Shown: positions 8,889-17,852, numbered from the stretch's first letter. The stretch is DNA of 24,000 bases from an uncultured Coriobacteriaceae bacterium (GCA_902790135.1 CADAQM010000003.1:5761-29760), one strand, 5' to 3'. Notes: generated from the letters alone by a model not told the origin. Made by a program: numbers and translations.

Positions 8889-9080
8889 GTGACCGGTCCG
8901 CTCACAGGGACGCAACGGGGACTCGTTCCGGCTCCACCAGCGGACCAGTCGCCACTGGTCCGTCCCAGAAGCCGCAACGGGGACTCGTTCCGGCTCCACC
9001 GGCGGACCAGTCGCCACCGGTCCGTCCCAGGAGCCGCAACGGAGGCCGGTTCCGGCTCCATCGGCGGACCAGTCGCCACT
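8889..9080 (+). repeat. Tandem array of about 3.3 copies of a 62-nt unit, each unit forming two hairpins, in the leader upstream of yjjI
   Basis: Units start at 8912, 8974 and 9036, with a partial unit from 8889. Units 1 and 2 differ at only 3 of 62 positions. The period is not a multiple of 3. Each unit contains GCCGcAACG-gggacu-CGUUcCGGC and GGACCAGU-cgcc-ACYGGUCC. Confidence 0.85.
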
Positions 9081-9162
9081 CCTGCGGGTCGGAGCATATC
9101 CCCGAAACGCAATTGCCATCCCCAACGGTCAGTCCACGTCTCGCACACGCCGAGGGGCTATC

Positions 9163-10716
9163 ATGAATGCAACCAACGGCAAGAAACATGCGGAGGCGCA
9201 CATGAGCGAGTTCATGGACATCATCACGGCGAGCAACCTCACCTACGGACAAAAGCTGATTCACCTGGCACAGGCCGCCGAGAACTGCGAGCATCCCATC
9301 CCCACGACGCCCGAGTTCGACTGGTTCTTCGAGCGCGACGCCATCTGCGACATGCACGAGGGCAATGCCCCCTATCGCCCGCGCTACATCTGCTGCGACA
9401 TGGAGCGCTTCGCGCGCCAGGGCAGCGACTTCCTGCGCCTGGACGCCCCCGACAACCTCGACGACCTGCTCATGAACCTGCAGATCCTCTACCAGAACGT
9501 GCCCTCCGTCACCGGCCGCCCCGTCTACGTGGGCCAGCTCGACCGCCTCTTCGACCCCTTCCTGGACGGTCTTTCCGACGAGGAGATCCTGCCGCGCTTC
9601 AAGCGCTTCCTCAACTACATCGACCGCACGGTCGCCAGCGGTTACTGCCACGCCAACCTCGGACCCGAGGACACGCGCGCCGGTCGCCTGCTGCTGCAGG
9701 CCGACGCCGAGGTCCAGAACGCCGTCCCCAACTTCACGCTCAAGTATGAGGAGGGCATCACCCCCGACGACTTCGCCCGTCTCGCCCTCAAGACCTCGAT
9801 GGCCTGCGCCAACCCCGCCTACGCCAACCATCGCATGCACAAGCACACCTACGCCGCGCCCGTCGACGGTCCGGCCGACGGCTACACGGTCGTCTCCTGC
9901 TACAACGTGCTGCCCATCCGCGGCGGCGCCTACTGCCTCGATCGCGTCAAGCTCTCGCAGCTGGCCGACCTCGCCACCTCGCCGGAGCACCTGCTGAACG
10001 AGCTTCTGCCCAACGCCACCGGCGCGCTGCTCGAGTACATGGACGCCCGCATCAAGTTCCTGGTGGAGGACTCCAACTTCTTCCAGACCTCGTTCCTGGC
10101 ACGCGAGGGCCTCATCGAGCGCGAGCGCTTCGTGGGCATGTTCGGCATGATCGGCATGCACGAGTGCATCGAGAAGCTCCTCGGACCCGGCCATGTGTAT
10201 GGCACCGACCCCGAGGCCAACGACCTCGCCGACCAGATCATGACCAAGATGACCAACCAGGTGCTAGCTTGGGACGCGCCCTACTCCGAGATCGGCAACG
10301 GCCGCTACATGATGCACGCGCAGGCCGGCTTTGGCGACCAGACCTCCTCGACGCCCGGCGTGCGCATCCGCGTGGGCGATGAGCCCGAGGTCTTCTTCGA
10401 CCACCTGCGTCATTGCGCCCGCATGCACCGCTTCTTCAAGGCTGGCGTGTCCGACATCTTCCCCGTCGAGCCCACGGCCGCACAGAACGTGGACGCCCTG
10501 CTAGACGTCATCAAGGGCGCCTTCGCCATCGACGACACCTACCTCTCGTTCTATCCCTCCGACTCCGACCTCGTGCGCATCACGGGCTTCCTCGTCAAGC
10601 GCTCCGAGATGGAGAAGTTCGCCCGCGGCGAGGCCGTGCTTGCCGACACCAGCCACGACGGTGAGGGCAACTGGCGCGCCAACCATCTGGCCGACCGCAA
10701 GGTTCGCCTGGGATAA
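9163..10716 (+). CDS. yjjI: YjjI-family glycyl radical enzyme (DUF3029), substrate unknown
   Basis: At 517 aa it is the same size class as E. coli YjjI. A C-terminal glycyl-radical fingerprint, VRITGF, places the Gly at residue 475 (nt 10585-10587), 42 aa from the C-terminus. A YjjW-type activase follows directly. A GAGGGG SD lies 6 nt upstream of the ATG. The family assignment rests on my recollection of the family, not on a search. Confidence 0.8.
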   Translation: MNATNGKKHAEAHMSEFMDIITASNLTYGQKLIHLAQAAENCEHPIPTTPEFDWFFERDAICDMHEGNAPYRPRYICCDMERFARQGSDFLRLDAPDNLDDLLMNLQILYQNVPSVTGRPVYVGQLDRLFDPFLDGLSDEEILPRFKRFLNYIDRTVASGYCHANLGPEDTRAGRLLLQADAEVQNAVPNFTLKYEEGITPDDFARLALKTSMACANPAYANHRMHKHTYAAPVDGPADGYTVVSCYNVLPIRGGAYCLDRVKLSQLADLATSPEHLLNELLPNATGALLEYMDARIKFLVEDSNFFQTSFLAREGLIERERFVGMFGMIGMHECIEKLLGPGHVYGTDPEANDLADQIMTKMTNQVLAWDAPYSEIGNGRYMMHAQAGFGDQTSSTPGVRIRVGDEPEVFFDHLRHCARMHRFFKAGVSDIFPVEPTAAQNVDALLDVIKGAFAIDDTYLSFYPSDSDLVRITGFLVKRSEMEKFARGEAVLADTSHDGEGNWRANHLADRKVRLG

Positions 10717-10789
10717 AACGCAGACTAACAAGTTTCTCCAGGGGGCGGCCACAATGCCGTCCCCTCTCTGTCTCAAAGGGGGCACGCGC

Positions 10790-11629
10790 ATGGAGCTCTT
10801 TGCGCCGGTCAACAAGGTGATTCCGTTTTCGCTGGTAGATGGGCCAGGGTCGAGGTGCTCGGTCTTTCTGCAGGGCTGCAACATTGCCTGCGCGTACTGC
10901 CACAACCCCGAGACACAGAACCTCTGCGAGGAGTGCGGGCTTTGCGTCGAGCAGTGCCCGGCCGGTGCGCTCTACCGCGAGGGCCGTCACGTGCGCTGGA
11001 ACAAGGACGCCTGCGTGCAGTGCGACACCTGCATCCACGTGTGCCCGCACAAGGCGAGCCCCAAAATCGAGTGGCTCACGCCGAGCGAGGTGTTCGCGAT
11101 CGTGCACTCCTACCAGCCCTTCATCCGCGGCATCACCGTCTCGGGCGGCGAGTGCATGCTGCATGCGCACTGGATGCGCGAGCTGTTTGCCCTCTGCCGC
11201 GAGGCTGGGCTGGGGACGCTCATCGACAGCAACGGCTGCGTGCCCTTCGAGGGGCACAACGACCTGCTCGACGTGGCTGACGGTGTGATGCTCGACGTGA
11301 AGGCGTGGGACGAGGGTACGTTTGCCCAGCTCACCAGTGGTGACGTGCGCGTGGTCAAGCGCAATCTGGCATTGCTTGCCGAGCGCGACAAGATCGAGGA
11401 GCTGCGCATTGTGGTGGTGCCTGGCTGGAACGACCCCGAGGCCACGATCGCCGGAATCGCGGACGTGCTGGACGAGAAGCTCGCCCAGACCAAGCTCAAG
11501 CTCATTCGCTTCCGCAGGTTTGGCGTGGTGGGAACGCTCGCAAACGCAGACTCCCCCACCGACGAGCGCATGGGCGAGCTCGAAGCGCTCGCGCGAGAGG
11601 CGGGCTTTGGCCAGGTAGAGCTGCGCTAG
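10790..11629 (+). CDS. yjjW: YjjW-type glycyl-radical enzyme activating protein (radical SAM)
   Basis: MELFAPVNKVIPFSLVDGPGSRCSVFLQGCNIACAYCHNPE contains the CX3CX2C radical-SAM motif. Two ferredoxin-like motifs follow: CEECGLCVEQCP and CVQCDTCIHVCP. GITVSGGE is also present. AAGGGGG lies upstream of the ATG at 10790. Confidence 0.85.
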   Translation: MELFAPVNKVIPFSLVDGPGSRCSVFLQGCNIACAYCHNPETQNLCEECGLCVEQCPAGALYREGRHVRWNKDACVQCDTCIHVCPHKASPKIEWLTPSEVFAIVHSYQPFIRGITVSGGECMLHAHWMRELFALCREAGLGTLIDSNGCVPFEGHNDLLDVADGVMLDVKAWDEGTFAQLTSGDVRVVKRNLALLAERDKIEELRIVVVPGWNDPEATIAGIADVLDEKLAQTKLKLIRFRRFGVVGTLANADSPTDERMGELEALAREAGFGQVELR

Positions 11630-11646
11630 AGGATGCCTTCAGGCCG

Positions 11647-12645
11647 TCAACCTGCGATAACGCCACGCAGACGCGCCTTGGTCGCCTCATCGGCAAAGCT
11701 TGCGTCCACCGCATTGAGCAGCAGCTGTGTGACCTCCGCGTTACCAAGCCCCAGCACGTCAGACAGCAGCATGAGCTCGCGACCAACCCAGGTGTTTGAG
11801 ACGGAGTTGTTGTCCGAGCAGATGACGACCTTGCAACCTGCCTCCAGCAGCTCTCCAACGGCGTGCACGCCAACGCCCTCCAGCGCGCCGGTCTGCAGCT
11901 CGGAGGTGTAGCACACCTCGATGGGCACCTGACGCTCGGCAAGCTCGCGCACGAGGGCAGGGTCCTCCGCAGCACGCACGCCGTGGCCGATGCGCGCCGC
12001 ACCCATGGCAAGCGCGTCGCGCACGCTCTGCGGACCGTCTGCCTCTCCCGCGTGGATGGTGAAGGGCACACCCAACTCACGGGCGCGCTCGAAGACCGGC
12101 GCGAAGTCTGCCGTGGGGAAGATCGCCTCGGCACCGGCCAGGTCAGCGGCCACCACCTCGTTGCCCAGATACTCCCCGGCAAGCTCGATCGTCTCGAGAT
12201 TGGCCGCCAGATTGTCGGCACCGCGCATGCAGCACAGGATGAGACGTGCCTCAAAGTCCGAAGCTCGCAAGCCCTCAAGCGCCGCCTCCACCACCTGACG
12301 CTGCGTCAGCCCTCGCTCGCAGAACGACTGCGGGGCAAAGCGCAGCTCGGCGTAGGCGTATCCGCGCTCCTTGAGCTCGTCCTCGAGCAGGCGGATGTGC
12401 TCGGCCACCTGCTCGCGCGTCTGGATAAGCGAGAGCGGGAAGACGAACTTGTCCAGATACTCGTTGAGGTCCTCGCAGCTGTCCCCCACCGAGATGCGAT
12501 CGAAGACCTCCGCATCAGAGAGCGCATCGAGCGGCGTGCCACCCAGCTCCGCCAGACGACGGGCTGCCGAGATGCTGATGGAGCCATCGCTGTGCAGGTG
12601 CAGGTCGATGAGCCGCCCGCGCAGGCGCTCGAGACTAACCGCCAT
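11647..12645 (-). CDS. add: Adenosine deaminase
   Basis: IDLHLHSDGS is the metal-binding HxH motif, together with FTIHAGE and ICSDNNSVSN. The length is 332 aa. The start lies 3 nt after the deoC stop, so the two genes are probably coupled. Confidence 0.88.
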   Translation of the reverse strand: MAVSLERLRGRLIDLHLHSDGSISISAARRLAELGGTPLDALSDAEVFDRISVGDSCEDLNEYLDKFVFPLSLIQTREQVAEHIRLLEDELKERGYAYAELRFAPQSFCERGLTQRQVVEAALEGLRASDFEARLILCCMRGADNLAANLETIELAGEYLGNEVVAADLAGAEAIFPTADFAPVFERARELGVPFTIHAGEADGPQSVRDALAMGAARIGHGVRAAEDPALVRELAERQVPIEVCYTSELQTGALEGVGVHAVGELLEAGCKVVICSDNNSVSNTWVGRELMLLSDVLGLGNAEVTQLLLNAVDASFADEATKARLRGVIAG

Positions 12646-12648
12646 GCC

Positions 12649-13290
12649 CTACCCCTCGACGATTGCGATGCTGGCGCTGGTTCCCAGCCTGTCGGCACCC
12701 GCAGCCACCATGGCCTCGGCCTCGGCGCGCGTGTGCATACCACCCGCGGCCTTGACCTTGCAGCGGTCGCCCACCGTCTTGCGCATGAGCTCGACGTCGT
12801 GCACCGTGGCGCCGCCGGTCGAGAAGCCCGTGCTCGTCTTGACGAAGGCAGCGCCAGCTGCCACGGAGCACTCGCAGGCGCGCACGATCTCCTCGTCGGT
12901 GAGCAGGCAACACTCGAGAATGACCTTCACCGCGGCATCGCCCGCAGCCTCGACCACGGCAGCGATGTCGCGCGTGCAGTACTCGTCGTCACCGTCCTTG
13001 AGACGACCCACGTTGATGACCATGTCGATCTCGGTGGCACCGTCGGCGACGGCCTGCGCGGTCTCGGCCGCCTTGGCCAGCGTGGAGCAGGCACCCAGGG
13101 GGAAGCCCACCACCGTGGTCACGCCCACGTTCCAGCCTGCCACCAGGGCGGCGGCAAGCGAGGTCCAGCACGAGTTGACGCACACGGTGGCAAAGCGATG
13201 GGCACGAGCCTCCTCACACAGGCGCTCGATGTCGGAGCGGCGTGCGTCCTGCTTGAGAACGGTGTGGTCGATAAGGGCGTTGAGCTGCAT
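12649..13290 (-). CDS. deoC: Deoxyribose-phosphate aldolase
   Basis: LIDHTVLK...FATVCVN...VVGFPLG...EIDMVINVG...VKVILE...AFVKTSTGF (Schiff-base Lys context)...VKAAGG. A strong AGGAGGGG SD lies upstream of the ATG at 13290, and the upstream 12 codons of the track ORF are probably not translated. Confidence 0.9.
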   Translation of the reverse strand: MQLNALIDHTVLKQDARRSDIERLCEEARAHRFATVCVNSCWTSLAAALVAGWNVGVTTVVGFPLGACSTLAKAAETAQAVADGATEIDMVINVGRLKDGDDEYCTRDIAAVVEAAGDAAVKVILECCLLTDEEIVRACECSVAAGAAFVKTSTGFSTGGATVHDVELMRKTVGDRCKVKAAGGMHTRAEAEAMVAAGADRLGTSASIAIVEG

Positions 13291-13393
13291 GTTGTCTCCC
13301 CTCCTGCGTTGTTGGCGTTCGTTCATGAGTATACAGCCGCCCGCGGACAGTTAGCCACTGGCCAAAGGCGATGCACGCGGATCGGTCGCCCCG

Positions 13394-14446
13394 CTAGGTG
13401 ATGAGATTCGCAAGAATCATCGGGATCATGAACAGCAGCCACCCCACAAGGAGGGTGATGAGACGCTTCTTCTCCGCGTGAACCGCGATGTACTCCCTGA
13501 TCAGGGCGCTGGGCCAGTAGTAGAACGCCACGCGGCTCCCAATGCCCACGCACCTGAGGCCAATCCTGCGGCAGTACCTGAGCGCCCGGTAGACGTGGTA
13601 GTTGCTGGTGACGAGCGCCGTGTAGCCGCCACGGCCGCCGCTCAACTCGTCGATGATCGCCTTCGAGTTCCTCAGGTTCTCGAAGGTCGTTGCGGACTGG
13701 TCCTCGCGGGCGATCTGCTCCGCCGGGATGCCCTTCTCAAGCAGGTACTTCTCCATCGCCTCGGCCTCGGAGATGCTCTCGTCGGAGCCCTTGCCGCCAG
13801 AGGGGATGAGGATCGGTGGGGTCGGATCCCTGTGGTAGACCGCGATTGCCTTGTCGATCCTGTCGGCCAGAAGCTTTGAGACACGGTCGCCACCGAGAAG
13901 GCCAGCGCCATGGATGATCACGTAATCAAAGTCCCTCCTCAGCGGAAGCACCTGAAGAAAGACGCAGTAGGTCATGAACACAACGAAGGTCATCGAGAAG
14001 TAGAAGACCGAGGCACTCAGGAACATGCCGAAGCGCGTGAACTCAATGAAGTGACTCTTGCCGTCCAAACCGGGCACGGAGATCTGCGGCATTACCAATG
14101 CAAGATAGGCCGCGATCTCGCCGATGCCCACCACCAGGCCGAGGCCAAGCGAGAGCAGGTTTGCCAGGCTGTGCCCCTCGCGCCTGATCATCACCACGCC
14201 GTTGATCACCAGAAAGAACGGCACGATCAGAAGCGTGAGAAAGACGGCAAACATGAGGATGATCATGACATGTCCCTGATACTTGCCGGCAACGAAGGAA
14301 AGGGCGACGATCGAGACCATGAGCGTGACAAAGAGCAGGTAGCAGTTGCGGTACCTGCTCCTGTCCCTTGCAAAGGAAAAGGCGGTCAACGCCCAGAGGA
14401 TGAGCGTTAAGGCGGTATACACGGGATTCATCTTATGGCTCGCCAT
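13394..14446 (-). CDS. DUF218/YdcF (ElyC/SanA-like) family membrane protein
   Basis: About six N-terminal TM helices are followed by the YdcF core: YVIIHGAGL...LIPSGGKG...SEAEAM..YL...GIP...I..EDQSATTFENL...LVTSNYHVYRA. The start is uncertain: 14446 or 14431, while the track ORF runs to 14659. Confidence 0.75.
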   Translation of the reverse strand: MASHKMNPVYTALTLILWALTAFSFARDRSRYRNCYLLFVTLMVSIVALSFVAGKYQGHVMIILMFAVFLTLLIVPFFLVINGVVMIRREGHSLANLLSLGLGLVVGIGEIAAYLALVMPQISVPGLDGKSHFIEFTRFGMFLSASVFYFSMTFVVFMTYCVFLQVLPLRRDFDYVIIHGAGLLGGDRVSKLLADRIDKAIAVYHRDPTPPILIPSGGKGSDESISEAEAMEKYLLEKGIPAEQIAREDQSATTFENLRNSKAIIDELSGGRGGYTALVTSNYHVYRALRYCRRIGLRCVGIGSRVAFYYWPSALIREYIAVHAEKKRLITLLVGWLLFMIPMILANLIT

Positions 14447-14717
14447 CCAATCCGTGCCTATTCTCGTCGCTCGCACGAGCACCGCATGCCCGCCGCAACC
14501 ACATCGGACGCACTTAATCGATAATGCACCAGCAATGGTATCAAAGCGCGCCACCTCCCCCCGCTGGCACGTTAAGCACGTGCGTGGACGCACCGCATCA
14601 AATGTGATACGGTCTCCATCGTATGGCACCGTCGGAGGAGGCATCCGGAACATGAGCACGCTTCAAAGCTAGGCGCACGCTTTCGATCTACAGACAACCT
14701 ATGCTGAGGAGCACCTC

Positions 14718-15989
14718 ATGACAACCGAACCCCTCGGGACGCAGACGCGTCCCTCGCCCGACCAACAGCCCGCGCTCTGGACGCGGGACTTCACCCTCAT
14801 CACCCTGGCAACCATCCTTGGAGCGGCTGGCGGCATCGCCGGCGACTTTGCCCTCTCGTTCTTCGTCTTTGACGAGACGGGCTCCACCTTGGCGTCGGCG
14901 CTGGTGATCGCAATCCAGCTCGTGCCGCACGTACTGGTGCCGCTTGCCGTCTCGCCCTTCATGGATCGCCTTCCCCGCAAGGCCTTTCTGGTGGCGGGAG
15001 ACCTCGCCTGCGGCCTGGCCTATCTGGCCCTCGGTGCGTGGCTCGCCTTCGCGGGCTTCTCCTACGTGGGCTACCTCGTCATCTCCCTGGCGATCGCCTG
15101 CCTGTGGGCCATCGACGAGCTTGCGTGGACCAGCATCTATCCCGAGGTGATTCCGGAGGGAGCCGAGCAGAAGGGCTACGCCGTCTCGGGCATGCTCTAC
15201 ACCACGCTTGCGATGATCATGACGCCCCTCGCCGCCGTGCTTCTCGACACCATTGGCGTGCCGCGGCTGCTGATGGCGCAGGGCGTCCTTGCCATAACGG
15301 CCGCCGCCATCGAGAGCTTCGTCCACGTGCATGAGCACGAGCGCGAGCGCAGCGACCAGGAGGGCTTTGCGCGATGGCTGGCAGACATCAAGGAGACGGT
15401 CTCGTGGCTGGCCGACGAGCGCGGCATGCGCGGGCTCTTTGGCTACATGGCGGTGTCGAACGGCCTGTATACCGGCTTCTCCCCCATCCTCATCGCCTTC
15501 TTCCGCACCACGCCCGGGTTCTCCGCGGCTATGTATGGGCTCTTCTCCGTTGCCGAGTGTGTGGGCCGGGCCGCAGGAAGCACCGTCCAGTACAAGGTCA
15601 AGGTGCCGCGCGAGAAGCGCTTTGGCCTGTGCCTTTCGGTGTATGTGATCTACGACATCATGGATGCGTGCCTGCTCTGGCTGTCCTACCCATTCATGCT
15701 GGCCAACCGGGCGATCGTGGGATTCCTCGGCGCCAACAGCCTGGTGCTGCGCGAGTCGGCCATGCAGCGCTACATCCCCGAGCGCATGCGCTCGCGCGTG
15801 AACGCGTTTCTGGGAGTGTATATCTCGGCGGCTTGCTTCGTGTTCTCGATCTTGGTCGGCGCGCTCGGTGAGGTGCTCGACTATCGCATCTGCGTCACCA
15901 TCTGCGGCCTCGTGGGTCTTGTGGCGAGCTATATCTTCGTCTGGCATCGCCGGTCCGACGTGCGCCGCGTGTTCGAGGTCAACCAGTAG
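14718..15989 (+). CDS. MFS transporter
   Basis: A 423-aa protein with about 12 hydrophobic segments and an MFS-like loop (PFMDRLPRK). A GAGGAG SD lies upstream of the ATG at 14718. Confidence 0.8.
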   Translation: MTTEPLGTQTRPSPDQQPALWTRDFTLITLATILGAAGGIAGDFALSFFVFDETGSTLASALVIAIQLVPHVLVPLAVSPFMDRLPRKAFLVAGDLACGLAYLALGAWLAFAGFSYVGYLVISLAIACLWAIDELAWTSIYPEVIPEGAEQKGYAVSGMLYTTLAMIMTPLAAVLLDTIGVPRLLMAQGVLAITAAAIESFVHVHEHERERSDQEGFARWLADIKETVSWLADERGMRGLFGYMAVSNGLYTGFSPILIAFFRTTPGFSAAMYGLFSVAECVGRAAGSTVQYKVKVPREKRFGLCLSVYVIYDIMDACLLWLSYPFMLANRAIVGFLGANSLVLRESAMQRYIPERMRSRVNAFLGVYISAACFVFSILVGALGEVLDYRICVTICGLVGLVASYIFVWHRRSDVRRVFEVNQ

Positions 15990-16011
15990 GCAGCGGTTGC
16001 CTGCGACAAGT

Positions 16012-16056
16012 CCGCCCCCGGGAAACAGGTACCTATCCCCTGTTTCCCGGGGGCGG
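16012..16056. terminator. Bidirectional terminator hairpin between convergent MFS and XRE genes
   Basis: CCGCCCCCGGGAAACAGG-(9-nt loop)-CCTGTTTCCCGGGGGCGG is an 18-bp perfect stem lying between the stops at 15989 (+) and 16062 (-). Confidence 0.6.
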
Positions 16057-16061
16057 AGCGG

Positions 16062-16523
16062 TTACGACTGATTCGCGCTCTTCCAGTGGTCCAACGTGGG
16101 AAGCAGCGCTCCCATGAACGACACGGCCTCGTCGAGGCTCACGCCCGTGGCCTGCGCGAGGTACGGCGCGGAGACCTCGATGACGTCGTCCATTGTCTCG
16201 TAGGCAAATGCGCCGCCGTCGTAGCACCACTTGCAGTAGTCAGGGTTCTCCGCACCATCCGCATTCGTGCCCCTCGGCATGTTGGGCACCGAGAACGGCG
16301 TGCCGCAGCACTGGCACGACGGCTCCTGCGGCATGTCGAGCAGGCGCATGACGGGCACGTCGAGCGCGACCGCGATGAGCTTGGTCATGTCGATGCTCGG
16401 GGTCGTCTCCCCGTTCTCCCACCTGCTCACCGCTTGGCGCGTCACAAAGAGCTTGCGGGCAAGCTGCTCCTGCGTCATTCCCTTTTCCTTGCGCACCTGC
16501 GGAAGCACGTTCTTGATGGCCAT
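16062..16523 (-). CDS. XRE-family HTH regulator with a C-terminal Cys-rich (zinc-ribbon-like) domain
   Basis: The HTH reads MTQEQLARKLFVTRQAVSRWENGETTPSIDMTKLIAVAL. It is followed by CQCCG...CKWC. A GAGGAGG SD lies upstream. Confidence 0.85.
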   Translation of the reverse strand: MAIKNVLPQVRKEKGMTQEQLARKLFVTRQAVSRWENGETTPSIDMTKLIAVALDVPVMRLLDMPQEPSCQCCGTPFSVPNMPRGTNADGAENPDYCKWCYDGGAFAYETMDDVIEVSAPYLAQATGVSLDEAVSFMGALLPTLDHWKSANQS

Positions 16524-16621
16524 GTCAGCCTCCTCTCACGTGGGTGTTCTTTAGCAACGAGTATATGGGCGGCATCGCGCGGGGTCACGAAACAAGACGT
16601 TGCGCGCCCACGAGAGGCCCC

Positions 16622-17724
16622 CTACCCGATCGCGCTAAAGAAGCGCATCGCATTCTCGAAGAAGAGCTTGCGGGCGATCTCCTCGCCAAACCGGTCTGCG
16701 AATCGATCGAACAGGTACGTCTGGGACGAGCAGTCGGCAACCCAAGTCGGAACGTCAGCGCCGTCGCGGTCGGAGCCCAGGGCAATCACGTCCTCGCCGC
16801 CAATCTCAATCCAGTGGTCGACATGAGCCGCCAGCTCGTCGAAGGTGTAGGCGTACCCTTCCGTGCGCACGAAGTCCTGATGCAGGTTGAGCCCCACGAC
16901 CCCGCCTCGCTCGGCGATAGCAGAGAACTGCTTGTCGGTGAGATTGCGCAGGTGATCGCACATGGCGCGCGCGTTCGAGTGCGTCGCGATGTACGGCTTG
17001 GTTGCTATCTCATCAAGCTCCCAGAAGCCCTTCTCGTTGAGATGCGACACGTCCACCACGATCCCGTGCGACTCGAAGGCGGACACGCACTCCTTGCCAA
17101 AGTCCGTGAGTCCCTGGTCGGGATACTGGTTTCCGCTGCCCAAGGCGTTCTTGTAGTTCCACGTCAGGCCGGCGATCAGCACGCCGTCGTTGGCGAACTC
17201 GTCGATGACCTCGATGCCTGCGTCCAGACACGCGGAGTTCTCAACCGTGAGGATGGCCGCAACCTTGCCCTCGTCCAGAATCGCGGGATGTCCGCAAACG
17301 AGCGCGCCTGGGTAAACTGGTCGCTGAACTGCTCCATCTGGTCCTTGAACCACGCGACCGCCTCGTGATACCAGTCGATGGTGGAGATGTCGGGGGCCTC
17401 CTCGCCCTCCGTGTCGGGAATCCAGACGGCGTAGCACTGGGCCCATCGGACGTCGCCGATGCGGTCGGCTGACACCTGTCCGTTGTTGCTGGCCATCGTC
17501 CCACTGAACTTGTTGTGGAACCCCGAGTAGGGCTTGCGGGCAACCATGCCCAGGCTGTCGATGGTGTCGGCATGCATGTCAAACGACTCGATGGCCTGCG
17601 TGGCACCATCAGCTCCGAGGCCTCCCCGCCCCGTCGCGGCACATGCCACGTTGGCGAGCGCCCCAATGCCCAGCGCTCCGGACAGCAACGCCCTGCGCGT
17701 CATCTTTGCCTGCAAGATTGTCAT
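16622..17724 (-). pseudogene. Membrane dipeptidase (peptidase M19 family) with a Tat-like signal, disrupted by a frameshift near 17283-17290
   Basis: Two overlapping track ORFs (17176-17724 and 16622-17446) carry the N- and C-terminal halves of a single M19 dipeptidase. The N-terminal half reads FDMHADT...QARSFADIP; the C-terminal half reads AILDEGKVAAILTVEN...THSNARA...DVIALGSDRDG. The total span is 1103 nt, which is not a multiple of 3. The frame switch maps to ...gcggacatcccgcgattctggac... Confidence 0.75.
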
Positions 17725-17852
17725 GGACGCCTCCAGTCCTTCACCTCACCCAAGATGCTGGGTGAGGATGCCCTTTGTCTACTGTATCCCAACAAGCCTC
17801 CCACTAAGGCCGAATGTACGTCAGCGCAGCTACAGGAGGGATAGCAGATGCA

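Noticed and set aside
8961-8975. GUCCCAGAAGCC / GUCCCAGGAGCC linkers resemble the PyrR-binding UCCAGAGAGG box
   Set aside because: The match is loose, with an extra C and a different 3' half. No pyr genes or pyrR are nearby, and I cannot verify the consensus without a search.
8889-9080. Considered whether the 62-nt tandem repeats are a CRISPR array
   Set aside because: The units abut directly with no unique spacers. The period of 62 nt equals the whole unit, and no cas genes are nearby.
8850-9749. 299-aa ORF starting in the repeat region and running into yjjI out of frame
   Set aside because: Its repeats are not in triplet phase, the translation is Pro/Arg-rich, and it overlaps the well-supported yjjI frame.
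8902-10194. 430-aa minus-strand ORF opposite yjjI
   Set aside because: It is a shadow ORF. It runs through the non-coding 62-nt repeats, which are out of phase with a triplet period, and its composition is low-complexity. The plus strand encodes the recognisable glycyl radical enzyme.
11863-13401. 512-aa plus-strand ORF, and 12371-13354 (+)
   Set aside because: They lie opposite add and deoC, both of which have unambiguous family motifs on the minus strand.
14688-15947. 419-aa minus-strand ORF
   Set aside because: It lies opposite the MFS transporter. Its translation is charged and His/Arg/Gly-rich with no family resemblance.
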